Shown here piece after piece: positions 1 through 13,680 of a stretch of 64,000 bases of DNA. The notes beneath the pieces were generated by a model. The model was not told the origin of the DNA. It saw only the letters and a list, made by a program, of their open reading frames with translations, and made no database searches. This DNA comes from Pristiophorus japonicus (lineage: Eukaryota): the NCBI RefSeq assembly GCF_044704955.1, contig NC_091999.1:3472001-3536000 (forward strand), written 5' to 3'. Numbering within the stretch: position 1 is the stretch's first letter; each line of letters opens with the position of its first letter. The translations under genes were made by a program, and so were the position numbers.

Positions 1-454
1 GCAGTGCGTAGCGGCCTTCCCCAAACTGCATCCAGAGACTCCAGTTATTAGAAGAGAGACTAGGGGAGCTTTTCTTTGGGACACAGGCGGTCGGTCTGAT
101 GGAGGGGTTCAAAATCATGAGGGGGCTTCGATGAGGGAAATCAGGAAATATTATTCCCCCACCTCCCCGTGGGTGAGTGGGCAACGAGAGGCCATCAATT
201 TAAGGTCAGCACCAAAAGGACGAGGGAGAGGGTGGGGGGGGGGGGGGTTGTTCGGACAGGGAATGAGCGGCCAGAAACAGCGGGGGTAAGCGGAATCAAG
301 GATCCCTTTAGAAGGGGCGGGGGGAGAAATATTTTAGGCAAGAGAAAGGTGAGCGGGTTCTGGCGAACGGGACGGAGAGGAGAGTCCCAAAATGGCTCCG
401 GCCACTTCGCTCCCGAAATGGTGTCGGGCCCGGCTCAATGTTAACAACCTTGCA

Positions 455-770
455 CCTGGAGTCAAAAGGTCGCGGGTTCAAGACCCCACACCGGAGACTC
501 GCCCCCCACAATTCAGGGCTGAGGGAGCGCCGCATTGTCGGAGGTGACGTCGCTAGGATGAGACGTTAAACCGAGGGCCCCGTCTGTCCTCTCGGGTGGA
601 CGTAAAAGATCCCACGGTCACGACTGAAAGAAGAGCGGGGGGAGGGGTGGGGGGGAATGATCCACTCGCTGTCCTGGGGCCAATATTTATCCCTCAAAAG
701 AACCAAATGATCTGGTCATTATCACGTTGCCGTTTGTGGGATCCTGCTGTGTGAAAATCGGCTGCCACAT
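455..770 (+). mobile_element. SacSINE1/AmnSINE1-like DeuSINE fragment
   Basis: gatgagacgttaaaccgagg..gtaaaagatccc..ccaatatttatccctc core that recurs throughout the window. Confidence 0.7.
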
Positions 771-772
771 TT

Positions 773-3350
773 TATAAGAACATAAGAAATAGGAGCTGGA
801 GTCGACCATTCGGCCCCTCGAGCCTGCTCCGCCATTTAATAAGATCATGGCTGATCTGATCATGGACTCAGCTCCACTTCCCTGCACGCTCCACATAACC
901 CCTTATTCCCTTATCGGTTAAGAAACTGTCTATCTCTGTCTTAAATATACTCAATGACCCAGCCTCCACAGCTCTCTGAGGCAGCAAATTCCACAGATTT
1001 ACAACCCTCGGAGAGAAGAAATTCCTCCTCATCTCAGTTTTAAATGGGCGGCCCCTTATTCTAAGATTATGTCCCCTCGTTCTAGTCTTCCCAATGAGTG
1101 GAAACATCCTCTATGCATCCACCTTGTCAAGCCCCCTCATAATCTTATACGTTTCATAGAAACAAACATAGAAAATAGGTGCAGGAGTAAGCCATTCGGC
1201 CCTTCGAGCCTGCACCACCATTCAATAAAATCATGGCTGATCATTCCCTCAGTACTCCTTTCCTGCTTTCTCTCCATACCCCTTGATCCCTTTAGCTGTA
1301 AGGGCCATATCTAACTCCCTCTTGAATATATCCAATGAACTGGCATCAACAACTCTCTGCGGTAGGGAATTCCACAGGTTAACAACTCTCTGAGTGAAGA
1401 AGTTTCTCCTCATCTCAGTCTTAAATGGCCTACCCCTTGTCCCCTGGTTCTGGACTTCCCCAACATCGGGAACATTCTACCCGCATCTAACCTGTCCCGT
1501 CCCGTCAGAATCTTATATGTTTCTATGAGATCCCCTCATCCTTCTGAACTCCAATGTATAAAGGCCCAGTTGATCCAGTCTCTCCTCATATATCAGTCCT
1601 GCCATCCTGGGAAACGTCTGGTGAACCTTCGCTGCACTCCCTCAATAGCAAGAACGTCCTTCCTCAGATTAGGAGACCAAAACTGAACACAATATTCCAG
1701 GTGAGGCCTCATCAAGGCCCTGTACAACTGCAGTAAGACCTCCCTGCTCCTATACTCAAATCCGCTAGCTTTGAAGGCCAATATACCATTTGCTTTCTTC
1801 ACCGTCTGCTGTACCTGTATGCCAACTTTCAATGACTGATGAACCATAACACCCAGGTCTCGTTGCACCTCCCCTTTTCCTAATCTGCCGCCATTCAGAT
1901 AATATTCTGTCTTCGCGTTTTTGCTCCCAAAGTGGATAACCTCACATTTATCCACATTATACTGCATCTGCCATGCATTTGCCCACTCACCTAACCTGTT
2001 CAAGTCACCTTGCAGCCTCCTAGCATCCTCCTCACAGCTCACACCACCACCCAGTTTAGTGTCATCTGCAAACTTGGAGATATTACACTCAATTCCTTCA
2101 TCCAAATCATTGATGTATATTGTAAAGAGCTGGGGTCCCAGCACTGAGCCCTGCGGCACTCCACTAGTCACTGCCTGCCATTCTGATAAAGACCCGTTTA
2201 TCCCGACTCTCTGCTTCCTGTCTGCCAACCAGTTCTCTATCCACATCAGTATATTACCCCCAATACCATGTGCTTTGATTTTGCACACCAATCTCTTGTG
2301 TGGAATCTTTTCAAAAGCCTTTTGAAAGTCCAAATACACCACATCCACTGGTTCTCCCTTGTCCACTTTACTAGTTACATCCTCAAAAAATTCCAGAAGA
2401 TTTGTCAAGCATGATTTCCCTTTCACAAATCCATGTTGACTTGGACCGATCCCGTCACTGCTTTCCAAATGCGCTGCTATTTCATCTTTAATAATTGATT
2501 CCAACATTTTCCCCACCACTGATGTCGGCTAACCGGTCTATAATTAGTAGCTTTCAATAAGATCACCTCTCATTCTTCTGGATTCCAATGAGTAGAGGTC
2601 CAACCTACTCAACCTTTCCTCATAAGTCAACCCCCTTATTCCCGGAATCAACCGAGTGAACCTTCTCTGAACTGCCTCCAGAGCAAGTATGACCTTTCGT
2701 AAATATGGAAACCAAAATGTATGCAGTATTCCAGGTGTGGTCTCACCAATACCTTATATAGTTGTAGCAAGACTTCCCTGCTTTTATACTCCATCCCCTT
2801 TGCAATAAAGGCCAACATTCCATTGGCTTTCCTGATCACTTGCTGTACCTGCATACTAACCTTTTGTGTTTCATGTACCAGGACCTCCAGGTCCCGCTGT
2901 ACTGCAGCATTTTGCAATTTTTCTTCATTTAAATAATAACTTGTTCTTTGATTTTTTTCTGCCAAAGTGTATAACCTCACACTTTCCAACATTATACTCC
3001 ATCTTCAAAATTTTTGCCCACTCACTCAGCCTGTCTATGTCCTTTTGCAGATGTTTTGTGTCCTCCTCACACATTGCTTTTCCTCCCATCAGCAAACTTG
3101 GCTACGTTACACTCGGTCCCTTCTTCCAAGTCATTAATATAGATTGTAAATAGTTGGGGTCCCAGCACTGATCCCTGCGGCACCCCACTAGTTACTGATT
3201 GCTAACCAGAGAATGAGCCATTTATCCCGACTCTCTGTTCTCTGTTAGTTAGCCAATCCTCTATCCATGCTAATATATTACCCCCAACCCTGTGAGCTTT
3301 TATCGTGTGCAGTAACCTTTCATGTGGCACCTTATCGAATGCCTTCTGGA
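773..3350 (-). mobile_element. Three stacked 5'-truncated CR1-clade (HER1-like) LINE copies (about 773-1156, 1157-2545, 2550-3350)
   Basis: RT motifs ([28 protein letters not shown]) in ORF 1593-2519 and shared 3' tails; frameshifted. Confidence 0.92.
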
Positions 3351-3409
3351 AGGCGATGAAGGGCTTTGGGATATCCTGTGGTCGTGAAAGGTTCTGTAGA
3401 AACGCACGT

Positions 3410-3930
3410 CGGGAACAGTAGCGTAGTGATTATGTTACTGGACTAGTAATCCAGAGGCCTGGACTGATGATCCCACCACGGCAGCTGGGGAATTTAAAAT
3501 TCAGTGAATTAAATAAATCTGGTATAAAAAGCTCGCATCAGTAATAGTGACCATGAAATTATCGGATTGTCGTAAAAACCCATCTGGTTCACGAATGTCC
3601 TTTAGGGAAGGAAATCTGCCGTCCTTACCCGGTCTGGCCTATACGTGACTCCAGGCCCACGGCGATGGCTCTTACCTGCCCTCTGAAATGGACTAGCAAG
3701 CCACTCAGTTGTGTACAATCGCTACAAAAAACAATAAGAAGAATAAAACCGGGCGACCACCCGACATTGACCTGGGCACCGACTCTAGCCATGACAGAGG
3801 CACACCCAGCCCAGTCAACCCTGCAAGGTCCTCCTCACTAAACCTTCACCACACGGACTGCAGCGGTTCAAGAAGGCGGCTCACCACCACCTTCTCCAGG
3901 GGCAATTAGGGACGGGCAATAAATGCTGGT
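3410..3930 (+). mobile_element. SINE sharing its 3' tail with the second CR1-like LINE family
   Basis: Tail ..ttcaagaaggcggctcaccaccaccttctccaggggcaattaggg..aataaa is also seen near 33480 and 52140. Another fragment lies at 45910-46050. Confidence 0.65.
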
Positions 3931-4006
3931 GGATGAAAATGGCTGCCCCCCCCCCCCCCCCAAATCTGGCTCATCAGTTGCGGCCACGGTGGGGTTCAGA
4001 TCTTAC

Positions 4007-4094
4007 CCTGTAGTTGCTTTCTAGTCTGCGTTGGACGTCCATCATGTGGGAACTGTCTGTGATGGGTGGGTTTCTGCAGTATCCTCTCTCCATC
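4007..4094 (-). CDS. Candidate 88-nt internal exon of the same minus-strand gene
   Basis: ctttccccctccAG acceptor and AGG/GTAAGA donor. Open in two frames (MERGYCRNPPITDSSHMMDVQRRLESNYR or DGERILQKPTHHRQFPHDGRPTQTRKQLQ). Confidence 0.5.
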
Positions 4095-4504
4095 CTGGAG
4101 GGGGAAAGCAGTGACCGAGTGTGAGAGATGCGCAGAATTACGTTGAATCGTACAGCGCAGAAACAGGCTATTCAGCCTAACAGGCCTGTGCTCCACACGA
4201 GTCTCCTCCCACTCCCCTTCATCTCACCCCATCAACATACTCTTCTATCCCTTTCTCCCTCATGTGTTTATCGAGCTTCTCCTTAAATGTATCTATGCTA
4301 TTCATCTCAACTACTCCTTATGGTAGCAAGTTCCACATTCCCACCACTCTCTGGTTAAAAAGGATATTCCTGAATTCCTTGTTGGATTTATTAATGACTA
4401 TCATATTTATGGCCCCTACAAGTGGAAACATCTTCTCTATGGCTACCCTGTCGAACCCCTTCATAATTTTAAAGACCTCTATCAGGTCACCTCTCAGTCT
4501 CTTT

Positions 4505-5550
4505 TGTGATCAGCATATCCCCTCAGTTCTCATATCATCCTTGTTGCAATGTATACACAGGTGAGTATGCTCACAAGTTTGTACAGCTGTTGAGTTGGGA
4601 GTGGCTTAGCCAGTCACGTGATGTTCGCAAGACTCAATAAAACCCCAGCCAGTTGGGTTTGGGGGATCTACGATGGGGCAGGTAGTTGTGAGCCTGGTGG
4701 ATGAACTGGGAATGTACTGCTCCTGGGCCCTGTCAAGGGGGCCATCAGCCGGTCAAGGCAGCGGGCGGTCGAGGGGGTCGTTCAGCCCGACTGCCTGCCT
4801 CTCTTCCGCGGTTACATCCGCGCCAGGGTGTCCCTGGAGATGGAGCACGCGGTGTCCACCGGTACGCTCGCGGCCTTCCGCCAGAGGTGGGCGCCGGAGG
4901 GACTGGAGTGCATAGTCACCCCCGGCAACCAAATTTTAATTTGATCATTTAAGTTTAAAGTTTAATTTGTTTCATTTGCCGGGTTTAGTGCCCCCCCTCC
5001 CTTTTCGCCAGGGGGCACTTGTATAATTTCTGTTTTTAGTGCCCTCAAAAAAACCCCAAGAAAAAAAAAAGGGGAAAAAAACATTATTTTGGAGTGTGAC
5101 CCCCCCCCCCGTTCAGTAGAGACACTGAAGAAGAGGGGACGAGTGGATCAGAATCACTGGTGTCAACTCTCCTCACAGGCCAACTGCTCCTTTAAACAAG
5201 ATTGCCAAGGTGTGGACTGTGGTACCTTTGAGGCCAAGCGTGTCAAACTGGAGCCCGTCATGGTGTGAAGTATCGGCTTGGGACTTTTTCTACAAATATA
5301 AATGCTTAATTGTAACTTTATATTTAAGTGTTTTACTTTCTGTGCAAGCTGGATTTGGAATCCAAAGTGCAACAAGTCTGGCTCTTTGTGTCTTTCCAGA
5401 CACATTTGTTTAAAGTGCACAACTAAAATAGTTGAACTGGTAATGTGTCGTGTGATTGTTAAACCTTTGCTAATAAATCAACTAGTTCTTAATAGCAATG
5501 TGCTGCTATCAATTCTTAAGCAAAGAACCCATGAAGCAAATACATTACAT
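4505..5550 (+). mobile_element. Probable solo LTR interrupted by the 4716-5432 insertion
   Basis: TG start, TTACA end, AATAAA motifs, and a 14-bp near-duplicate TGAACTGG(G/T)AATGT either side of the insert. Confidence 0.45.
4716..5080 (+). mobile_element. Tx1-clade LINE 3' end (ORF2 C-terminus plus A-rich UTR)
   Basis: AISRSRQRAVEGVVQPDCLPLFRGYIRARVSLEMEHAVSTGTLAAFRQRWAPEGLECIVTPGNQILI* (4741-4944), followed by A tracts. Confidence 0.7.
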
Positions 5551-5619
5551 TTGTAAATCCTTCCTGCACCTTCTACACTGCCTCTATATCCTTTTACTAA
5601 TATGAAGGTCAGAACTAGG

Positions 5620-6208
5620 CATCATCATCATCACAGGCAGTCCCTCGGAATCGAGGAAGACTTGCTTCCACTCTAAAAGTGAGTTCTCAGGTGACTGAAC
5701 AGTCCAATACAGGAATTACAGTCCCTGTCACAGGTGGGACAGACAGTGGTTGAGGGAAGGGGAGGGTGGGACTGGTTTGCCGCATGCTCCTTCCGCTGCC
5801 TGCGTTTGCTTTCTGCGCGCTCTCGGCGACGAGACTCGAGGTGCTCAGCGCCCTCCCGGATGCTCTTCCTCCACTTAGGGGCGGACTGGTCTTTGACCAG
5901 GGACTCCCAGGTGTCGTTGGGGATGTTGCACTTTATCAGGGAGGCTTTGAGGGTGCCCTTGTAAAGTTTCCTCTGCCCACCTTGGACTCGCTTGCTGTGT
6001 AGGAGTTCCGAGTAGAGCGCTTGCTTTGGGAGTCTTGTGTCGGGCATGTGAACGACGTGGCCCGCCCAACGGAGCTGGTCGAGTGTGGTCAGTGCTTCGA
6101 TGCTGGGGATGTTGGCCTGGTCGAGGACGCTAACATTGGTGCGTCTGTCCTCCCAGGGGATTTGCAGGATCTTGTGGCGACATCGTTGGTGGTATTTCTC
6201 CAGCTGCT
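5620..6208 (-). mobile_element. RTE-clade LINE 3' fragment
   Basis: QLRWAGHV..RLPKQALYSEL..CPTCDRDC..GLFSHLRTH zinc finger; (ATG)n tail. Confidence 0.9.
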
Positions 6209-6597
6209 CATATAACCCCTCAGCAGAACTTCTTTTCTTTGTCCTATCTATGTGGTTGGTACCCACGTGGACCACGACAACTGGATCGTCCCCCTCCCAC
6301 TCCAAGTTCGTATATTAGTATATCTTGTATATTAGTCACTTTGGGCCTTAATAAGTCAGAGCCAAGGTCAGACCTCTTGGAGTTCAACAATAATCAGTCC
6401 AACAGTTACTGTACACACAACATATCTAGGGATCTATGCAAGTTCAAGATAATGTCTCTGCTTTTGAATTCCATTCCTCTAGAAATGAACCCGGTGGGAC
6501 CTGTCAGTTTCCCGGGGGATCTCGGACTATGTATAATTGGGTCAGTGTCCCCGGGAATCAGAGACTGTGGGGTCTCACAATAAAACTAGATGTGCAT

Positions 6598-6990
6598 TAT
6601 CATCATAGGCAGTCCCTCGTATCGAGGATGACTTGCTTCCACGCCAAAAAGGGATGAGTTCCTCGGTGTTTCAATGAAGGACCTAATATTCCAGGATCCC
6701 GAACTACATGTTGAAGGGTGGAAGATGCCTGTGCGTGGACTTTTTTAACGTGTGGTGGCCATTGCACACCAGCCACCGCACGGGCTTGACAGAGCTAGGT
6801 CTTGGTCCAGTGGCAAGGGTTAACCAGGACGATTGGAGACCTGCTCTGCTGCACGGACCTAGTGCGCGCACATATCGCAGTGTGGGCCCTGATCACATCC
6901 CTCTACGAACTCTCGCCGCTCCTCCGCCCCGACCTCGCCTCTCCTGCTGTACCTGCCCGCACTGCAATCAACGACCTGTATCTTGGCGAC
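6598..6990 (-). mobile_element. Non-autonomous element with RTE-type tail (related copies about 8920-9245, 25525-26010, 30840-31580)
   Basis: Shares the ggaagcaagtcatcctcga..agggactgcctatgatg tail with RTE and has a non-coding body repeated in the window. Confidence 0.7.
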
Positions 6991-7465
6991 GTTATAATTA
7001 GTAGGTAAAGTATTCTGCATGGCTACATGGCATCGACAGGCAGGCTGAAAATAGTACCACGGTTCAGGTCATGATTATACCTCAGTGACCTGGTCTCCTT
7101 CGGCTCCGGGGTAGATTCAAGCCTCTAGCTCACTCACTGCCACCAGTTCTGTTCCGGGTGGAGTTTGGATTTGCCGAACCCGTTTGGGGAGCTGATTTGA
7201 TTTTACGGGTGGAATGCATTTGCGGGGTCGCTGGGTCAGTTTGGGAAAATTCCATCAGCTCGGGGATTGCTGCATCAATTTACAGTCATTGGGTCAGCTT
7301 AGGATTGCTGGGTCAGTTTGAAATGGCTGGGTCCGTTTGTGATTTATCGGTCATTTCGCAGGCATTGGATCGGATAGGTTATGAAGGATTAATGGGCTGA
7401 AATTCGAAACGGGTCGTACCGACTGCTTTTGTTGTGTTTTCACCGCTGCTGTGGATGAAAGCTGG

Positions 7466-7990
7466 AAGGACCAATGTTAGCGTCCTCGTCCAGACCAACA
7501 TCTCCAGCATTGATGCACTGACCACACTTGATCAGCTCCGATGGGCAGGCCACGTAGTTCGCATGCCAGACACGAGACTCCCAAGGCAAGCGCTCTACTC
7601 GGAACTCGTCCACGGCAAGCGAGCCCCAGGTGGGCAGAGAAATCGTTTCAAGGACACCCTCAAAGCCCTCCCTGATAAAGTGCAACATCCCCACCGACAC
7701 CTGGGAGTCCCTGGCCCAAAGACCAGTCCGCCCCTAAGTGGAGGAAGTGCATCCGGGAGGGCGCTGAGCACCTCGAGTCTCGTCGCCGAGAGCATGCAGA
7801 AAGCAAGCGCAGGCAGCGGAAGGAGCGTGCGGCAAACCAGTCCCACCCTCCCCTTCCCTCAACCACCTTCTGTCCCACCTGTGACAGGGACTGTGGTTCT
7901 CGTATTGGACTGTTCGGTCACCTAAGAACTCATGCTAAGAGTGGAAGCAAGTCTTCCTCGATTCCGAGGGACTGCCTATGATGATGATGG
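7466..7990 (+). mobile_element. RTE LINE 3' fragment
   Basis: Same family as 5620-6208; ends gggactgcctatgatgatgatg. Confidence 0.9.
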
Positions 7991-7993
7991 ATG

Positions 7994-8722
7994 AGGTGGC
8001 CTCTTGCGCAAAGTTCTGCTCTTTTGTAATTTTTTTCCGAGCGGACAGGAAGTGGGTCATAACGGGAGCGGAAGTGGGGCGGAGAGCAGAAGATTGGTCT
8101 CAAGAGGGACGGAAGTGGAGGCAGGAGGGAGCCTCCACCGCTGTCAGTCATCAGCGTGCGTGTCACCATGTCTCTCCCCTTCACTTAAAGGGGAGAGCCA
8201 CTGCCAGCTCTGCGATTAGTTTAGTTCGGTCCACTGGGCCACCAGGGAGGGTTTCGGCCGGGCCAGCGGCCTGGCACCCAAGAGAGGGTGCTTGGCTGCC
8301 TGTTGGTGGCTCGGTCGAACCCGGGGGGGGGGGGGGGGGGGCGGGCATAATTGTCCGCCGACTGAAAAAAAAATGGCGGCCGCGGCAGTGCGCCCTCGCC
8401 TTGAATGGCCACCGTACAGCCATGTTGCACACACAGCCAACACAGTGCACCGACAGAAAAAAACTGTCGGGGGGGGCACCGCTCGGTGGCCCAAAGATTT
8501 TTTCCCCTGAATTTAGCTCGAGGTGCGGGAGATTGGTGGTGCGCGCTTTGATGGCGCGCTTAGGAGGGGGCAGCAGCGGGGCGGAAGTGGCGACTGCCGG
8601 AAAAAGCACCGAGGAGAATTTCGCGAGCGCTGTCCATTCGACTCCAAATCGGCGGCCATTTTGGCTCTGCCGCTTGGCGGCTGTAAGAGGCATTTTCGGG
8701 AGGCTGAATTTGGGCCCCTATA
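7994..8722. mobile_element. GC-rich probable non-autonomous DNA transposon (MITE-like)
   Basis: CpG-rich and non-coding; ends GAATTTGGGCCCC, similar to GG..GAAATT termini at about 7394 and 14814. Confidence 0.4.
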
Positions 8723-9899
8723 ACTAGCACTTCTGCAAATTCCTCACCAACTTATTTTAATATCCTGGTGGTGGAAACCATCAGGTCCTGGTGATTTATC
8801 TCTCTTAAGTCCCACTATTTTCTCCACCACCATTTTGTTACTAATATTGAATCCAGTAAGTTCATCCCCTTGATTTACTTTGAGTTTCTCTTCTATCAAT
8901 GGTATTTTATCCTCTTCTTCTAGTATAGTATTAGGCAGTCCCTCGTATTTCATCCTCTTCTTCTAGTATAGTATTAGGCAGTCCCTCGTATTTCATCCTC
9001 TTTTTCTAGTATAGTATTAGACAGTCCCTCGCTTCCACACCAAAAAAAACAATTCTCAGATGTTTCCATGAGGGACCTGACATTCCGGATCCCGAACTAC
9101 ATGTTGAAGGGTGGAAGATGCCTGTGTGTGGATTTTTTTAACGTGTGGTGGCAACTCAAGAGAGCTAGGTCTTGGTTCAGTAGCAAGGATTAACCAATGC
9201 GACTGGAGACCTGCTCTGCTGCACGGACCTAGTGCGCACACATATCCCTCAACAACTCTCTTACTGTTAATATATTGAGACTTTTAAAAAAAACTTATTA
9301 GTATTTGCATTATTTGCAAGGTTTTTTTTGTATTTTGTTTTTTGCAGCTTCGAGATTAGAAGAAATAGAATGAGAGGTGATCTCACTGAAATGTGTAAAA
9401 TTCTTCGAATGCCTGACAGAATTGATGCTGTGAGGTGGCTTACGCTGGGTGGAGAGTATCGCACTAGGGTTCGCAGTCTCAAGGTAAGGGGTCGGCCATT
9501 TAGGACAGAGATGAGGAGAAATTTCTTACTCAAATGGTTGTGAATCTGAGGAATTCTCTGCCCCAGACGGCTGTGGTTGCTCAGTCGTTGAGTATATTCA
9601 AGATGCAGATCGACAGATCTCTGGACTCCAAAGGAATCACGGGATATGGGGAACAGGCAGGAAAGTGGAGTTGAGGTAAAAGATCAGCCGTGATCTCATT
9701 GAATGGCGGAGCAGGCTCGAGGGGCCGAATGGCCCGCTCCTGCTCACATTTCGTAAGTCCTCCTGCAGCTCTTAATATTTCTTTTGTGTTCCTTTCTGGT
9801 TTTCTATATTTCTTCCAGTCCTCTGGATTACCACTTTTCTTGGCATTTATGCAATTCACTTCCTATAGCATCATGCTGCATCAAACCTCATCTCCTGAC

Positions 9900-10625
9900 C
9901 TCTAGACTTGACTATTCCAACGCTCTCCTGCCCCGCCTCCCATCTTCCACCCTCCATAAACTTTCTTCCCCATGTCCTAACTCGCACCGAGTCCCGTTCA
10001 CCCATCACCCCCTGTGCTCACTGCCCCGTGTCCTAACTCGCACCGAGTCGCGCTCACCCATCACCCCCTGTGCTCACTGTCCCGTGTCCTAACTCGCACC
10101 GAGTCCCGTTCACCCATCACCCACTGTGCTCGCTGCTCCGTGTCCTAACTCGCACCAAGCCCCGCTCACCCATCACCCCCGTGCTCGCTGCCCCGTGTCC
10201 TAACTCGCACCATGTCCCGCTCACCCATCACCCCCTGTGCTCACTGCCCTGTGTCCTAACTCGCACCAAGTCCCGCTCACCCATCATCCCCTGTGCTCGC
10301 TGCCCCGTGTCCTAACTCGCACCGAGTCGCGCTCACCCATCACCCCCTGTGCTCACTGTCCCGTGTCCTAACTCGCACCGAGTCCCGTTCACCCATCACC
10401 CACTGTGCTCGCTGCTCCGTGTCCTAACTCGCACCAAGTCCCGCTCACCCATCACCCCCGTGCTCGCTGCCCCGTGTCCTAACTCGCACCATGTCCCGCT
10501 CACCCATCACCCCCTGTGCTCACTGCCCTGTGTCCTAACTCGCACCAAGTCCCGCTCACCCATCATCCCCTGTGCTCGCTGACCGACATTGGCTTCCGTT
10601 CTGGCAACACCTTAATTTTAAAGTT
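9900..10625 (+). repeat. L2 LINE fragment with 56-bp tandem expansion
   Basis: Unit gccccgtgtcctaactcgcaccgagtcccgctcacccatcaccccctgtgctcgct; L2 SRLDYSNALL motif upstream. Confidence 0.9.
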
Positions 10626-11229
10626 CTGAATTCTTCTTTGAATACCTCCTGCTGTTTCCCTCTAGGGTTTACCTATTAATAGCTCAGTCCAGTTTAACAT
10701 GTTCTGCCTATGCCTCATTCCTTCGAAGTCAGCCTTACTTAAGTTTAAAGCCTTGGTTTGTGTGTGACCTCTCTCCTTCTCAAACTTAATGTCAAACTCT
10801 ACCAAGTTATGGTCACTGTTCGCAAGATACTCCCATACTGTCAAATTATTCATTCTGGCTCATTCCTCATTACTAAGTCGAGTTCCCTTGTTGATTCTAA
10901 TGCTAGAAATTCGTGTCGTGCAGTGACTAATTTCTACACCACTATTTCAGAAAACTGCCCTGGATATAGTCTAGAAATTCATTGCCTTTACAACGTGAGC
11001 TACATTGCATCTCGCAGTCGATGTGAATATTAAAATCTCCCATCATAGCCACTTTGCCTTTGCTACATGCTTCTCTGATCTCCATATTTATGTATCCTGT
11101 TACTGCACCACTGCCGTAGATAACTTCCACCACAGTCTTGCATCCTTTGCTCTTCATACATCTCTCTGTCTCTCTCCCTGTGTCTCTCTCTGTCACTGTG
11201 TCCTCTCTCTCTCTCTCTCTTCTAAGGTA

Positions 11230-13680
11230 GATTGGGAAACTACATTAAATGGTATGATGGTAGACAAGCAATGACTAGCATTTAAAGAATTAGTACATAA
11301 TTTACAACGAAGGATACATTCCTTTAAAGAGACAAAAAACCCACAGGAAAAGTGGTCCAATCGTGCCTAACGAGAGAAGTTAAAGATACTTTTAGATCAA
11401 AGGAAGAGGTTTTTATGTTACCAAAAAGAGCTGTAAGCCTGAGGATTGGGAGGATTTTAGAATTCAGCAAAGGAGGACCGAGAAATTGATAAACAAAGGA
11501 AAAAGAGAATGAGAGTAAACTAGTGAGAGGCATAAAAACAGATTGTAAAAGCTTCTCTAGGTATGTAAAAAGGAAATGATTAGGGAAAGTAAATGTGGGT
11601 CCCTTACAGGCTGAGACAGGAGAAATTATAATGGGGAATAAGGAAATGGCAGAGAAATTAAACAAATACTGTGTGTCTGTCTTCACGGAAGAAGACGCAT
11701 CAGTATCAGGGGTCTAGCAAGAATGAGGAACTTAAGGAAATTAGTATTAGTAAAAAAAAATAGTACTGGAGAAATTAATGGGACTAAAAGCCGATAGATC
11801 CCCTGGACCTGAGGCCTACATCCTAGGGTTTTGAAAGAGGTGGCTATAGAGATAGTGGATGCATTGGTTGTCATCTTCCAAAATTCCATAGATTCTACAA
11901 CCGCAGATTGGAAGGTAGCAAATTTAACATCACTATTTAAGAAAGGAGGGAGAGAGAAAACGAGGAAATATAGACCAGTTAGCCTGACATCAGTCGCAGG
12001 GAAAATGCTAAAATCTATTATTAAGGACGTGGTAACAGGGCACTTAGCGAATAATAATAGGATTGGGCAGAGTCAACATGGATTTATGAAAGGGAAATCA
12101 TGTTTGACAAATCTTTGAGTTTTGAGGTTGTAACTAGCAAAATAGAAAAGGGGGAAGCAGTGGAGTTTGAAAATCTATTTGGATTTTCAGAAGGCATTCG
12201 ATAAGATGCCACACAAAAGGTTATTCAACAAAATTAGGGCTCGTGGGATTGGAAGTAATGTACTACCATGGATTGAGAACATAAGAACATAAGAAATAGG
12301 AGCAGGAGTCGGCCATTCGGCCCCTCGAGCCTGCTCCACCATTCAATAAGATCATGGCTGATCTGATCATGGACTCAACTCCACTTCCCTGCCCGCTCCC
12401 CATAACCCTTGATTCCCTTATCGTTCAAAAATCTGCCTATCTCCGCCTTAAATATATTCAATGACCCAGTCTCCACAGCTCTCTGGGACAGAGAATTCCA
12501 CAGATTTACAACCCTCTGAGAGAAGAAATTCCTCCTTATTTCTGTTTTAAATGGGTGGCCCCTTATTCTGAAACTGTGCCCCCTAGTTCTAGATTCCCCC
12601 ACGAGGGGATTGAGGTTTGGTTAACGGACAGAAAAGAGAGTAGGAATAAACGGGTCATTTTCAGGTGGGCAGGCTGTAACTAGTGGGGTACCGCAAGGAT
12701 CAGTGCTGGGGCCCCAGCTATTCACAATCTATATCAATGATTTGGATGAGGGGACCAAGTGTAATGTATCCAAGTTTGCTGATGATACAAAGCTCGGTGG
12801 GAATGTAAGTTATGAGGAGGATGCAAAGAGATTTCAAGGGGATATAGACAGGGTAAGTGAGTGGGCAAGAACATGGCAAATGGAATATAATGTGGAGAGA
12901 TGTGAAATTATCCACTTTGGTAGGAAAAATAGAAAAGCAGAGTATTTTTAAATGGTGAGAGATTGGGAAATGTTGGTGTTCGGAGGGACCTGTGTGTCCT
13001 TGTGCACCAATCACTGAACGTTAACACGCAGGTACAGCAAGTGATTATGAAAGCAAATGGTATGTTGGCCTTTATTACAGGAGGATTTGAGTCTAAGAGT
13101 AAAGATGTCTTACTGCGATTATATCGGGCCCTGGTGGGACCACACCTGGAGTATTGTGCACAGTTTGGGTCTCCTTACCTAAGGAAGGATATACTTGCCA
13201 GAGAGGGAGTGCAGCGAAGGTTCACCAGACTGATTCCTGGGATGGGGGGATTGTCCTATGGGGAGAGATTGAGCAGACTGGGCCGATATTCTCGAGAGGT
13301 TAGAATAATAAGAAGTGATCTCATTGAAACATACAAAATTCTTACAGGGTAGATGCAGGGAGGATGTTTCCTCTGGCTGGGGAGTCTAGAACCAGGGGTC
13401 ACAGTCTCAGGATAAGGGGTCGGCCATTTAGGACTGAGATGAGGAGAAATTTCTTCACTCAGGGTGGTGAATCGTTGGAATTCTCTGCCCCAGAGGGCTG
13501 TGGAGGCTCAGTTGTTGAGACAGAGAGCGATAGATTTTTGGATATTAAGGGAATCAAGGGATATGTGGACAGTGCAGGAAAGTGGAGTTGAGGTAGAAGA
13601 TCAGCCATGATCTCATTGAATGGCGGAGCAGGCTCGAGGCGGGTGTATGGTCGACTCCTGCTCCTATTTCTTATGTTCTT
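11230..13680 (+). mobile_element. Degenerate CR1 LINE with nested antisense CR1 3' end (about 12278-12606)
   Basis: RT fragments in ORFs at 11831, 12703, 12963 and 13364. Confidence 0.9.

Noticed and set aside
7138-7450. Extra minus-strand exon ending at a GCA/GTGAGT donor
   Set aside because: The frames I read from the most plausible acceptor hit stops.
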